From an uncultured Oscillospiraceae bacterium (lineage in GTDB: Bacteria; Bacillota; Clostridia; Oscillospirales; Butyricicoccaceae): a stretch of 64,000 nucleotides of DNA. Shown one piece after another: positions 1-8,468 of this stretch; the stretch's first letter is position 1; every line of letters begins with the position of its first letter. Below the pieces are notes generated by a model that was given only the letters and a program-made list of their open reading frames with translations, did not search any database and had not been told where the DNA came from. The DNA lies in NCBI GenBank assembly GCA_964370735.1, contig CAYJLC010000004.1, positions 30,824-94,823 of the forward strand, in the 5' to 3' direction. A program made the translations under genes and the position numbers.

Positions 1-2093
1 TAGCAAACGACCTTAAAATTACTAAAGGCAAACTTCGTGGAGTGGAGTCAAACGGAATGTTATGCTCATTTAACGAGCTTGGAATTGACCATAATTATGT
101 GCCTTATGCTGATGAAGATGGAATTTTAATTTTACCAACTGACACTGCTATCGGCGTTGATATCAAAGATGTTTTAATGCTAAACGACACTGTTTTTGAG
201 TTCGAAATTACATCAAATCGTCCTGATTGTATGAGCATTTTAGGTCTAGCAAGAGAAACTTTTGCGACTTATAATAAAAAATTCACTATGCCTGAAATCA
301 ATGTAAAAGGTACGGAAGGCGACATTAATGAGCATTTATCTGTTGAAGTTAATACAGATTTATGTAACAGATATGTTGCAAAAATGGTTAAAAACATTAA
401 AATTGAACCATCTCCATTATGGATGCGTGCACGACTTAATGCTTGTGGTATTCGTCCGATAAACAATATCGTAGACATCACAAACTATGTTTTACTTGAA
501 TATGGTCAACCGATGCATGCATTTGATTATGACACTATTCGTGGTAAAAAAATTGAAGTTAATACAGCATGTGAAAACGAAAAATTTACGACACTAGACG
601 AAATCGAGCGTAATTTAGACAGCAATATGATAGTAATTAAAGATGGTGAAGGCACTGTTGCTTTGGGCGGTATCATGGGCGGTTTAAATTCTGAAATCAA
701 AGATAATACGACGACTTTAGTGTTTGAATCTGCGAATTTTGATGGTGCTACTGTGCGTGTTGGCTCAAAAAAACTAGCATTAAGAACAGAAGCTTCTGGA
801 AAATTCGAAAAAGGTTTAGACCCAGAAAACTGTATGAATGCAATTATGCGTGCGTGTGAGCTTATCGAAATGCTAGGCGCAGGTGAAGTTGTTGGTGGAA
901 TTATCGATGTTTATAAAAATAAACCAGAAACAATTACAATTCCATTAGAAGCAGAAAAAATGAATAAATTCTTAGGATTAAGCATCGAAAAAGATGAAAT
1001 GATTAGAATTTTAGACACTTTAGGCTTTGTTTGCGAAAACGATGTAATCACTGTTCCTAGTTTTAGAACTGATGTTAAAATGATGGCTGATATTGCCGAA
1101 GAAGTTGCTAGAATTTTTGGTTATGATAATATTCCTGTTACATCTTTTGCTGGACAAACTGTTTGTGGTGGACTTACTGCAAAGCAAATGTTTGAGAAAA
1201 ACACTGGAATTAAAATGCGTTCGTTAGGTTATGACGAAATCATCACATATTCATTTATTAGCAAATCTAACTATGAAAAAATTAATCTGCCAGAAGAAAA
1301 TCGTGTGTCGACAGTTATCACAAACCCACTAGGCGAAGAACTTAGCATTATGAGAACTACAACTGTTCCGTCTATGATGGACACTGTTGTTCGTAATGTG
1401 AATTATCAAAATAAGGTTGGAAAACTTTATGAAATCGGCTCGATTTATATTCCACAGGTTGTGGATAATAATGTAGACGCGACAAAATTACCAGATGAGA
1501 AGAAAATTGTTACTTTTGCAAGCTTTGGTACAGACGATTTCTTTAAATTTAAAGGCGATGTTGAAATTTTACTTGCAAGTTTAAATATTACTGGTGTATA
1601 TTTCAAGGCGCAAACGACAAATCAAACGTATCATACTGGTAGATGCGCTGATATTTATGTTGCCGATACAAAAATCGGTGTATTTGGTAATATTCACCCA
1701 CAAGTTATTCAAAATTATGGTGTTAACACTAGCATTTTGATGTGTGAAATTGATTTTAATACAATTTATGAGCTGGCTAATGATAACAAACTTTATAAGA
1801 AATTGCCGAAATTCCCAGCGTCTACTCGTGATATTTCTTTCGTGTGTGATAAAGATATTGCAGTTTATGACTTAGAACAATGCATTAGAAAATCTGTTAA
1901 AAATATTTTAGAAGATGTGAAACTTTTCGACGTATTTATTTCAGAAAAACTAGGCGAAAACAAAAAATCTGTTGCATTCTCTTTAGTTTTCAGAAAAGAA
2001 GACGGAACTCTTACAGACGAAGAGTGTGATAATGCAGTTGCTAAAATTTTAGCTAATCTTGAAAAAGATTATGAGGCTGAACTTAGATCATAA
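1..2093 (+). CDS. pheT: Phenylalanine--tRNA ligase beta subunit (5' end lies upstream of the window)
   Basis: The frame is open from nt 3, upstream of the listed ATG at 42 (..KGKLRGVESNGMLCS..). It has PheT-type B3/4 and B5 regions (HAFDYD, GIMGG). The C-terminal anticodon-binding fold is present (..KKSVAFSLVFR..). Confidence 0.95.
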   Translation, partial: ANDLKITKGKLRGVESNGMLCSFNELGIDHNYVPYADEDGILILPTDTAIGVDIKDVLMLNDTVFEFEITSNRPDCMSILGLARETFATYNKKFTMPEINVKGTEGDINEHLSVEVNTDLCNRYVAKMVKNIKIEPSPLWMRARLNACGIRPINNIVDITNYVLLEYGQPMHAFDYDTIRGKKIEVNTACENEKFTTLDEIERNLDSNMIVIKDGEGTVALGGIMGGLNSEIKDNTTTLVFESANFDGATVRVGSKKLALRTEASGKFEKGLDPENCMNAIMRACELIEMLGAGEVVGGIIDVYKNKPETITIPLEAEKMNKFLGLSIEKDEMIRILDTLGFVCENDVITVPSFRTDVKMMADIAEEVARIFGYDNIPVTSFAGQTVCGGLTAKQMFEKNTGIKMRSLGYDEIITYSFISKSNYEKINLPEENRVSTVITNPLGEELSIMRTTTVPSMMDTVVRNVNYQNKVGKLYEIGSIYIPQVVDNNVDATKLPDEKKIVTFASFGTDDFFKFKGDVEILLASLNITGVYFKAQTTNQTYHTGRCADIYVADTKIGVFGNIHPQVIQNYGVNTSILMCEIDFNTIYELANDNKLYKKLPKFPASTRDISFVCDKDIAVYDLEQCIRKSVKNILEDVKLFDVFISEKLGENKKSVAFSLVFRKEDGTLTDEECDNAVAKILANLEKDYEAELRS

Positions 2094-2101
2094 AATATAT
2101 A

Positions 2102-2133
2102 AAAGGCTGTCGATTACGATAGCCTTTTTTTTT
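2102..2133 (+). terminator. Rho-independent terminator after pheT
   Basis: AAAAGGCTgtcgattacgatAGCCTTTTTTTTT: a GC stem followed by a T-run. Confidence 0.7.
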
Positions 2134-2214
2134 CTTTATTTTGACACAGACACCATTGTGAAAATGCACAAATTTCACCTTGAAAATTTTACTTTTTGCG
2201 ACAATGAAAAATGA

Positions 2215-2243
2215 TTGACATTAGTATCCTTCTGTGCTATAAT
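2215..2243 (+). promoter_or_regulatory. Sigma-A type promoter of the catabolic operon
   Basis: TTGACA (2215-2220), an exact 17-nt spacer, then TATAAT (2238-2243). Confidence 0.7.
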
Positions 2244-2251
2244 AAACACAA

Positions 2252-2362
2252 CGAAACGTTTCGCTTAATGAGATGTTTCGTTGGTTAAAAACCAATCACG
2301 AAACGTTTCGTCATATCGCATAAGACGTTTCGTAAAAAATTACACATAGACGAAACGTTTCG
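2252..2362. promoter_or_regulatory. Array of LacI-family operator palindromes in the operon leader
   Basis: Three perfect CGAAACGTTTCG palindromes sit at 2252-2263, 2299-2310 and 2351-2362. Two degenerate half-like sites lie between them (GATGTTTCG 2272-2280, AGACGTTTCG 2323-2332). All are located between the -10 box and the first start codon. Confidence 0.7.
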
Positions 2363-2378
2363 TTAAGGAGAGATGATT

Positions 2379-3227
2379 ATGGCTTACGTTACTACACTAG
2401 AATTATTGAAAAAAGCAGATGAAAATGGCTACGCTGTGGGAGCTTTCAATGTTGAAAATATGGAAATGGCTCAAGCTGTTATAAAGGCTGCCGAAGATTT
2501 AAAAGCGCCTGTAATTTTGCAAACAACTTCTTCAACGCTAAAATATGCAAAACCTAATGTGTATTTCGGAATTGTATCAGAACTTGCTAAAAATGCAAGC
2601 GTTCCGGTAGCACTACACCTAGACCACGGTAGTTCTTATGAACTTTCAAAGGAGTGCATAAATTCTGGTTACTCAAGCGTTATGATTGATGGTTCGCATT
2701 CATCATTTGAAGAAAACATCGCGATTTCAAAAAAAGTAGCTGATTTCGCAAAAACAAAAAACATTCCTGTTGAGGCCGAACTTGGAAAAGTTGGTGGAAA
2801 AGAAGATGAGCTTGATGGTGGCTCTGGAAATTATACCGACCCACTAGAGGCAAAGGAATTTGCAGAAAAAACTGGCGTAACATCACTAGCAGTTGCAATA
2901 GGCACAGCTCATGGAATTTATAAAGAAACTCCAGTTTTAGACAAAAAAAGACTAGAAGAAATCAGAAAAGTAGTATCAATCCCACTTGTTTTACACGGTG
3001 CATCTGGAATTTCCGAAGAAGATTTAAAAGATTGTATCAAACTGGGAATTTCAAAAATCAATTTTGCAACAGAACTTCGAATTGCATATTCAGACGGTGT
3101 GAAGGCTTATATGGAAACCGACCAAAAAGTTTTTGACCCAAAAAAATATGGTGACAAAGGCAGAGAATTCGTGTATAATTTAGTATGTGAAAAGATTAAA
3201 ATTTGCGGATGTGCAAACACATATTAA
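2379..3227 (+). CDS. Class II ketose-bisphosphate aldolase (FbaA/GatY/KbaY/IolJ size class)
   Basis: N-terminus ..LLKKADENGYAVGAFNVENMEMAQAVIKAAEDLKAPVILQ.., plus HLDHG and VLHGASG motifs. The ATG at 2379 lies 8 nt after AAGGAG (2365-2370). The track ATG at 2373 is too close to the RBS. Confidence 0.85.
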   Translation: MAYVTTLELLKKADENGYAVGAFNVENMEMAQAVIKAAEDLKAPVILQTTSSTLKYAKPNVYFGIVSELAKNASVPVALHLDHGSSYELSKECINSGYSSVMIDGSHSSFEENIAISKKVADFAKTKNIPVEAELGKVGGKEDELDGGSGNYTDPLEAKEFAEKTGVTSLAVAIGTAHGIYKETPVLDKKRLEEIRKVVSIPLVLHGASGISEEDLKDCIKLGISKINFATELRIAYSDGVKAYMETDQKVFDPKKYGDKGREFVYNLVCEKIKICGCANTY

Positions 3228-3237
3228 GGAGAAAAAA

Positions 3238-4230
3238 TTGGCTACGATTAAAGATATTTCTAAAGAAACTGGTTTAGGACTTGCGACAATTTCAAAATAC
3301 TTAAATGGTGGCAATGTTTTACCAGAAAATAAAATTCTAATTGAAAATGCAATAAATAAACTTGATTATAAAGTAAATGCGATGGCAAGAGGTCTGAAAA
3401 CTAACAAATCTAACATGGTTGGAATAGTTATTCCAGAACTTTCAAACCTTTTTACTACTACGATTATTTCTGATATCGAAGATGTATTAAGACAAAAAGG
3501 TTATGGCGTTATTGTTGCTGATTGCAGGTCTGATGAAAAGCTAGAAGAAGAAAAACTCGAATTTATGCTGTCAAAGCAAATAGATGGGCTTATTTATGTT
3601 CCAGTAAGTTCGAATAGCAATAATATTGAATTTGTAAAGAAATCAGGTATTCCGATTGTTTTAATCGATAGAAAATTAAAAAACTTTAATTGCGACTTTG
3701 TAGGAATAGATAATGTAGAAGCTACAAAAAAAGCCGTAGATATTTTAATTGAAAACGGACATAAAAATATTGCGTTTATTGCAGGACCGAATGATATTTC
3801 TACTGCAAAAGAGCGTTTAGAGGGATATGAAAAATCTTTGACAGAAAATAATGTCGAGATTAAAGAAAAAAATATATATCACGCAAATTATACTGTCGAA
3901 GAAGGATATAAATCCATGATAGATATAATAGAAAACAACCAAGAAATTACTGCTGTATTTGCATCGAATTATGAATCATCTGTTGGTGCTGTTATGGCGA
4001 TTAATGAAAAAGAACTTAAAATCCCAGAAGATTTGTCGCTCGTAGGGTTCGATAGTATAGAACTTTCAAAAGTTATGAATCCAAAGCTTACAATTATTTC
4101 GCAACCTATGAATGAAATAGCAAAAAATGCGTCACGAATAATTTTAGAGCGACTAGCAAATAACGGAGAGTTTGAAAGCGTTGTTTTAGACTCGTTTATA
4201 GAATATGGTAAATCAATTAAGAGAATTTAG
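3238..4230 (+). CDS. LacI family transcriptional regulator
   Basis: It has the HTH ATIKDISKETGLGLATISKYLNG followed by a periplasmic-binding-fold sugar-sensor domain. The TTG at 3238 lies 6 nt after AAGGAG (3226-3231). The upstream part of the track ORF overlaps the aldolase 3' end. Confidence 0.9.
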   Translation: MATIKDISKETGLGLATISKYLNGGNVLPENKILIENAINKLDYKVNAMARGLKTNKSNMVGIVIPELSNLFTTTIISDIEDVLRQKGYGVIVADCRSDEKLEEEKLEFMLSKQIDGLIYVPVSSNSNNIEFVKKSGIPIVLIDRKLKNFNCDFVGIDNVEATKKAVDILIENGHKNIAFIAGPNDISTAKERLEGYEKSLTENNVEIKEKNIYHANYTVEEGYKSMIDIIENNQEITAVFASNYESSVGAVMAINEKELKIPEDLSLVGFDSIELSKVMNPKLTIISQPMNEIAKNASRIILERLANNGEFESVVLDSFIEYGKSIKRI

Positions 4231-4240
4231 GAGAGAATTT

Positions 4241-5737
4241 ATGGAAAATTTACTTCTCGGAATAGACATCGGAACATCAAGCTGTAAAGTGGCTGTTTTT
4301 AATGAAGCTGGTAAAATTATTGCTCATAAAAACGGAAAATACGATGTTTTATATCCGAAATCTGGCTGGGCAGAACAAAATCCAGAAGATTGGTGGGAAG
4401 CTATCGTTTCGTGTATAAAAGACCTTGATGTTCCTAAAGAAAACATTAAAGGCATAGGAATTGACGGTCAAAGTTGGTCGGCAATTGCTATTGATGATAA
4501 GCGAAACGTTCTTACCAACACTCCGATTTGGCTTGACACAAGGGCTACGGATATTTGCAACAAAATTAAAGAAAAATACGGAAAGAATGCTTTTTTTGAA
4601 ATTTCAGGAAATCCATTTGAACCTTCATACACTTTACCGAAAATCCTATGGTATAAAGAAAATGCACCAGAAGTTTATGAAAATACATATAAAATTTTGC
4701 AATCAAACAGCTATATCGCGATGAAACTTACAGGAAATATATCACAAGATTATTCGCAAGGATATGGACTTCAATGTTATGATATTAAAAATCGCAAATG
4801 GGATTTTGGGGTGCTTGAAGAATTAGGGATTAAAACAGATATTTTGCCTGATTTTTACGAATGTCACGATGTTGTCGGTGGTGTAACTGCTAAAGTTGCA
4901 GAGCTTACTGGTTTAAAAGAGGGAACTCCTGTTGTCGCTGGTGGACTAGACGCTGCTTGTGGAACTTTAGGTGCTGGAGTAATTTTCAACGGACAAACCC
5001 AAGAGCAAGGTGGTCAAGCCGGTGGAATGAGTATTTGCATCGATGAATGCATCGCTCACGAAGCGCTAATTTTATCAAATCACGTTGTCGCTGGGAAATG
5101 GCTACTGCAAGGTGGAACTGTCGGTGGTGGAGGTGTTATCAACTGGTTTGAAAAGCATTTTTGTGACTATGAGCGAAACGTTTCGTCAGATAAAAATTCC
5201 TTTGAAATGCTGTCTGACTATGCCGAAACCATAAACCCAACTTCAGATGGACTGATTTTCTTACCATATATGTCTGGCGAACGCTCACCTCTATGGGATT
5301 CTAATGCTAAAGGAGTTTACTTCGGAGTTGATTTTTCAAAGACAAAAGCACATTTTGTAAGGGCATCTATGGAAGGTGTTGGATACTCACTAGAGCATAA
5401 TTTAGAGATTGCAAAAGAGGCTGGAGTTAATGTCGACACACTTTATGCAGTTGGTGGTTCGGCAAATAGCTTAGTTTGGACTGGGTTAAAATCGGATATA
5501 ACAGGACTTCCGATAAAAGTGCCATATTCAGATAGTGCAACGACGTTAGGCGCGTGTATTTTAGCTGGAATTGGTGTTGGAATTTATAAAGATTTCGAAG
5601 ATGCTGTAAAGAAAACCGTTCAAATAACACGCGAACACACACCGAATAAAGAAAATTATGAAATTTATCAAAAGCAATTTAAAAAATATAAAGAAATATA
5701 CGAAAGAACAAAAGATTTAATGCCATCTGAAAATTAA
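4241..5737 (+). CDS. FGGY-family carbohydrate kinase (xylulokinase-like)
   Basis: It shows LLGIDIGTSSCKVAVF.., ..GWAEQNPEDWW.. and ..GGSANSLVW.. motifs. The ATG at 4241 follows AGGAGAG. Confidence 0.9.
   Translation: MENLLLGIDIGTSSCKVAVFNEAGKIIAHKNGKYDVLYPKSGWAEQNPEDWWEAIVSCIKDLDVPKENIKGIGIDGQSWSAIAIDDKRNVLTNTPIWLDTRATDICNKIKEKYGKNAFFEISGNPFEPSYTLPKILWYKENAPEVYENTYKILQSNSYIAMKLTGNISQDYSQGYGLQCYDIKNRKWDFGVLEELGIKTDILPDFYECHDVVGGVTAKVAELTGLKEGTPVVAGGLDAACGTLGAGVIFNGQTQEQGGQAGGMSICIDECIAHEALILSNHVVAGKWLLQGGTVGGGGVINWFEKHFCDYERNVSSDKNSFEMLSDYAETINPTSDGLIFLPYMSGERSPLWDSNAKGVYFGVDFSKTKAHFVRASMEGVGYSLEHNLEIAKEAGVNVDTLYAVGGSANSLVWTGLKSDITGLPIKVPYSDSATTLGACILAGIGVGIYKDFEDAVKKTVQITREHTPNKENYEIYQKQFKKYKEIYERTKDLMPSEN
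5174..5185. promoter_or_regulatory. Intragenic copy of the operator palindrome
   Basis: A perfect CGAAACGTTTCG lies inside the kinase CDS (codons ..ERNVSS..). Confidence 0.5.
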
Positions 5738-5744
5738 ATTTTAT

Positions 5745-5921
5745 TTGTAGGGGCGTTCATTGGACGCCCGAAACCTAAAATTTTCGTTGAAATAAAAAAA
5801 CATACGAAATTTGAAAATTACAATCCTCAGTCACTAACGTGACAGCTCCTTGACGAAGGAGCCAAGAGCAAAAGCCTCCTTTTTAAAGGAGGTGGCAAAC
5901 GAAACGTTTGACGGAGGATTG
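5745..5921 (+). repeat. Intercistronic multi-hairpin repeat element, copy 1
   Basis: It starts TTTGTAGGGG and has the hairpin GGGCGT-tcattgg-ACGCCC. A four-hairpin block follows, closed by CAATCCTC..GAGGATTG. It is similar over most of its length to 7021-7190. Confidence 0.75.
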
Positions 5922-5971
5922 AAAACCAAACAAAACACAAACAATTTTTTCTAATAAGAAAGGACAAAAAA

Positions 5972-7018
5972 ATGAAAGCTTGCGTATTATTTTCGAATGA
6001 AGATATTAAATTTACGGATTATGAAGACCCAAAAGTAGGGGATTTTGATGTTAAAATAAAAATTCGAGCAACAGGACTTTGTGGCAGTGATATTCCTCGT
6101 GTTTTAACAAATGGTGCTCACTATTATCCTATTGTTTTAGGTCACGAATTTTGTGGCGAAGTAGAAGAAATCGGCTCAAAAGTTACGGCTGTTTCAGTGG
6201 TTGATAGAGTGACGGCTGCACCTTTAGTTCCTTGTTTCACTTGTGATGATTGCGCGGTTGGCAACCATGCACTTTGCAAAAAATATACTTTCATCGGTAG
6301 CAGAATTCAAGGAAGTTTTGCAGAATATCTGTCAGTTCCTGAAAAAAATGTAGTAAAACTAGATAAAAGTATTTCATTTGAAGAAGGTGCATTAATCGAG
6401 CCAATCACAGTAGCACTTCATGGGCTTTTACACAATGATTACAAAGGTGGATTTGATGTCGCTGTAATCGGTTCTGGTACTATCGGTATCTTTATGATTC
6501 AGTGGGCAAAAATTATGGGTGCTAAGACTATTACAGCCTTTGATGTTTCAGAAGAACGTCTTCAAGTTGCAAAAGAAGTTGGTGCTGATTTTGTTATAAA
6601 TTCGATGGACGAAGATTACTTAGAAAAAGCAATGGAGCTTACAAATGGTAAAGGTTTTAACTATGTTTTCGAAATGGTAGGCCATCCATCTACGATTTTA
6701 ACTTCGTTTAAAATTGCTTCAAACAAGGCGAATATTTGTATGGTAGGAACACCACACGCTGATGTTAAATTCACATATAAAGAGTGGGAACTTATGAACA
6801 GAAAAGAATTCAAACTTACTGGTTCTTGGATGAGTTTTACTGCCCCATTCCCAGGAAAAGAATGGAGTTTAACAGCGCATTATTTAAAAACTGGCGAATT
6901 TAAAGTGCATAAAGATATGATTTTTAAAAAATTTCCTATGGAAGAAGTGGATAAAGCATTTATGCTATACAAAAATCCTCGAGATGTTAAAGGTAAGGTA
7001 ATGTTAATAAATAACTAA
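5972..7018 (+). CDS. Zn-dependent MDR alcohol/polyol dehydrogenase (sorbitol / galactitol-1-P dehydrogenase-like)
   Basis: Catalytic-Zn motifs GLCGSD and GHEFCGEV are present. A structural-Zn Cys cluster CFTCDDCAVGNHALC and a Rossmann GSGTIG motif are also present. Confidence 0.85.
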   Translation: MKACVLFSNEDIKFTDYEDPKVGDFDVKIKIRATGLCGSDIPRVLTNGAHYYPIVLGHEFCGEVEEIGSKVTAVSVVDRVTAAPLVPCFTCDDCAVGNHALCKKYTFIGSRIQGSFAEYLSVPEKNVVKLDKSISFEEGALIEPITVALHGLLHNDYKGGFDVAVIGSGTIGIFMIQWAKIMGAKTITAFDVSEERLQVAKEVGADFVINSMDEDYLEKAMELTNGKGFNYVFEMVGHPSTILTSFKIASNKANICMVGTPHADVKFTYKEWELMNRKEFKLTGSWMSFTAPFPGKEWSLTAHYLKTGEFKVHKDMIFKKFPMEEVDKAFMLYKNPRDVKGKVMLINN

Positions 7019-7020
7019 CA

Positions 7021-7226
7021 TTTGTAGGGCGTTCATTGGACGTCCGATAACCGAAAAATTTTGCAAAAAACATACGCAAATACATCGAAAACGCAATCCC
7101 CAGTCACTTCATGACAGCTCCTTTGATAAAGGAGCCAAGAAAAGCCTCCTTTTAAAAGGAGGTGGCAAACCTATGGTTTGACGGAGGATTATTAAATTAC
7201 AGGAGGATAATATCCTCCCCTACAAT
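7021..7226 (+). repeat. Intercistronic multi-hairpin repeat element, copy 2 (apparently full length, with terminal inverted repeats)
   Basis: It has the same architecture as 5745-5921. The left end is TTGTAGGGC (7022-7030) and the right end is CCCCTACAA (7217-7225). There is an internal palindrome GGAGGATAaTATCCTCC (7202-7218). Confidence 0.75.
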
Positions 7227-7264
7227 GAAAATGAAAAAATACTTCGTCTAAACATACACATAAG

Positions 7265-7276
7265 CGAAACGTTTCG
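7265..7276. promoter_or_regulatory. Operator palindrome upstream of the aldo-keto reductase gene
   Basis: A perfect CGAAACGTTTCG lies about 120 nt upstream of the ATG at 7398. Confidence 0.55.
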
Positions 7277-7397
7277 GTCGGTAGCACCGACAAGCACTTG
7301 TCTTCGCCTTATTTCAGATATTAATTATATATAGCAAAGGGTTTCTACGCCCTTCCAATAATCAAAAACACAAAAATAAAATTTAAGGAGATAAATT

Positions 7398-8411
7398 ATG
7401 AATACAATTAATCCAAAATTAGTTCCACAAAAAACACTTAGAAATGGCGACCTTATGCCTATGGTAGGCATGGGAACTTTCGGTTCAGATAGATTTACAT
7501 CGGAGCAAATTTCTGATGCAGTATATGGTGCAATCAAGGCAGGTTACAGACTTTTTGACGGAGCTTCTGTATATGGAAACGAAGTTGAAATCGGAAATGT
7601 TTACAAAAAGGCTATGGACGAAGGCTTAGTTACACGTTCGGAACTTTTTATCACATCAAAAGTTTGGAATGACAAGCACGACGATGTTGCTGTTGAGTGT
7701 ATGAAATCACTACGCGACCTACAACTTGACTACTTAGACTGCTATTTTATGCACTGGCCATTCCCAAATTATCACGCTCCAGGTTGTGATGGTGACGCTA
7801 GAAACCCAGATTCAGTGGCTTTCTCTGTTGAAAAATTCATTAAAACTTGGCGTCAAATGGAAACTCTTTATAAAATGGGAGTTGTTAAACATTTAGGTAT
7901 GTCTTCTATGACAATTCCGAAACTTGAGGCTGTTTTACCACATTGTCACATTATGCCATCTGCAATTGAAATGGAACTTCACCCATCTTTCCAACAAAGA
8001 GAACTTCTTGACTATTGCGAGGCTCGTGGTATTGCTGTTATTGGTTTCTGCCCAATCGGAAGCCCGACTAGACCAGAACGCGATAAAACGCCTGATGACG
8101 TTGCTGATATGGAAATGGCATCTGTTGTTGCAGCTGCAAAAGCACATAACTGTCACCCAGCTGTAATTTGCTTAAAATGGGCTTATAAAAACGGACACAC
8201 TCCAATCCCATTCTCGGTTTTTGAAGCTGAATATGTTTCAAATTTACGCGCAGCTATCGAAGCCCCACTAACAGACGAAGAATACAAAGCAATTTGTGCA
8301 GAAGATGCAAATTCAAGATTTATCAAAGGTCAAGTTTTCCTTTGGGAAGGTGCTGACTCTTGGGAAGATTTATGGGACGTTGACGGCACAACGAAAACTT
8401 GGCTAAAATAA
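7398..8411 (+). CDS. Aldo/keto reductase
   Basis: It carries an AKR signature (..GMGTFG.., ..LFDGASVYGNE.., ..ITSKVWN.., ..LDYLDCYFMHWP..). AAGGAG lies 7 nt upstream. Confidence 0.9.
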   Translation: MNTINPKLVPQKTLRNGDLMPMVGMGTFGSDRFTSEQISDAVYGAIKAGYRLFDGASVYGNEVEIGNVYKKAMDEGLVTRSELFITSKVWNDKHDDVAVECMKSLRDLQLDYLDCYFMHWPFPNYHAPGCDGDARNPDSVAFSVEKFIKTWRQMETLYKMGVVKHLGMSSMTIPKLEAVLPHCHIMPSAIEMELHPSFQQRELLDYCEARGIAVIGFCPIGSPTRPERDKTPDDVADMEMASVVAAAKAHNCHPAVICLKWAYKNGHTPIPFSVFEAEYVSNLRAAIEAPLTDEEYKAICAEDANSRFIKGQVFLWEGADSWEDLWDVDGTTKTWLK

Positions 8412-8468
8412 GTCGATAGCATCGACAGGCAATTGGCTTCGCCACGTTTCAGACAATAAAAACCAAAA

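Noticed and set aside
2252-2362. The palindromes considered as CcpA cre sites.
   Set aside because: The sites lack the outer TG..CA of the cre consensus. They are perfectly identical to one another and cluster around an operon that encodes its own LacI-family regulator. A local operator is the more economical reading, although CcpA binding is not excluded.
3187-3237. N-terminal extensions of track ORFs. Examples: 3187, 4205, 8563, 8990, 16680, 27910, 29521, 31571, 34837 and 35493 on the + strand; 27828, 37089, 38869, 40366, 47444 and 48934 on the - strand.
   Set aside because: In each case a downstream start codon has a properly spaced Shine-Dalgarno sequence and matches the conserved N-terminus of the family. 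The upstream extension overlaps the preceding gene or lacks an RBS.
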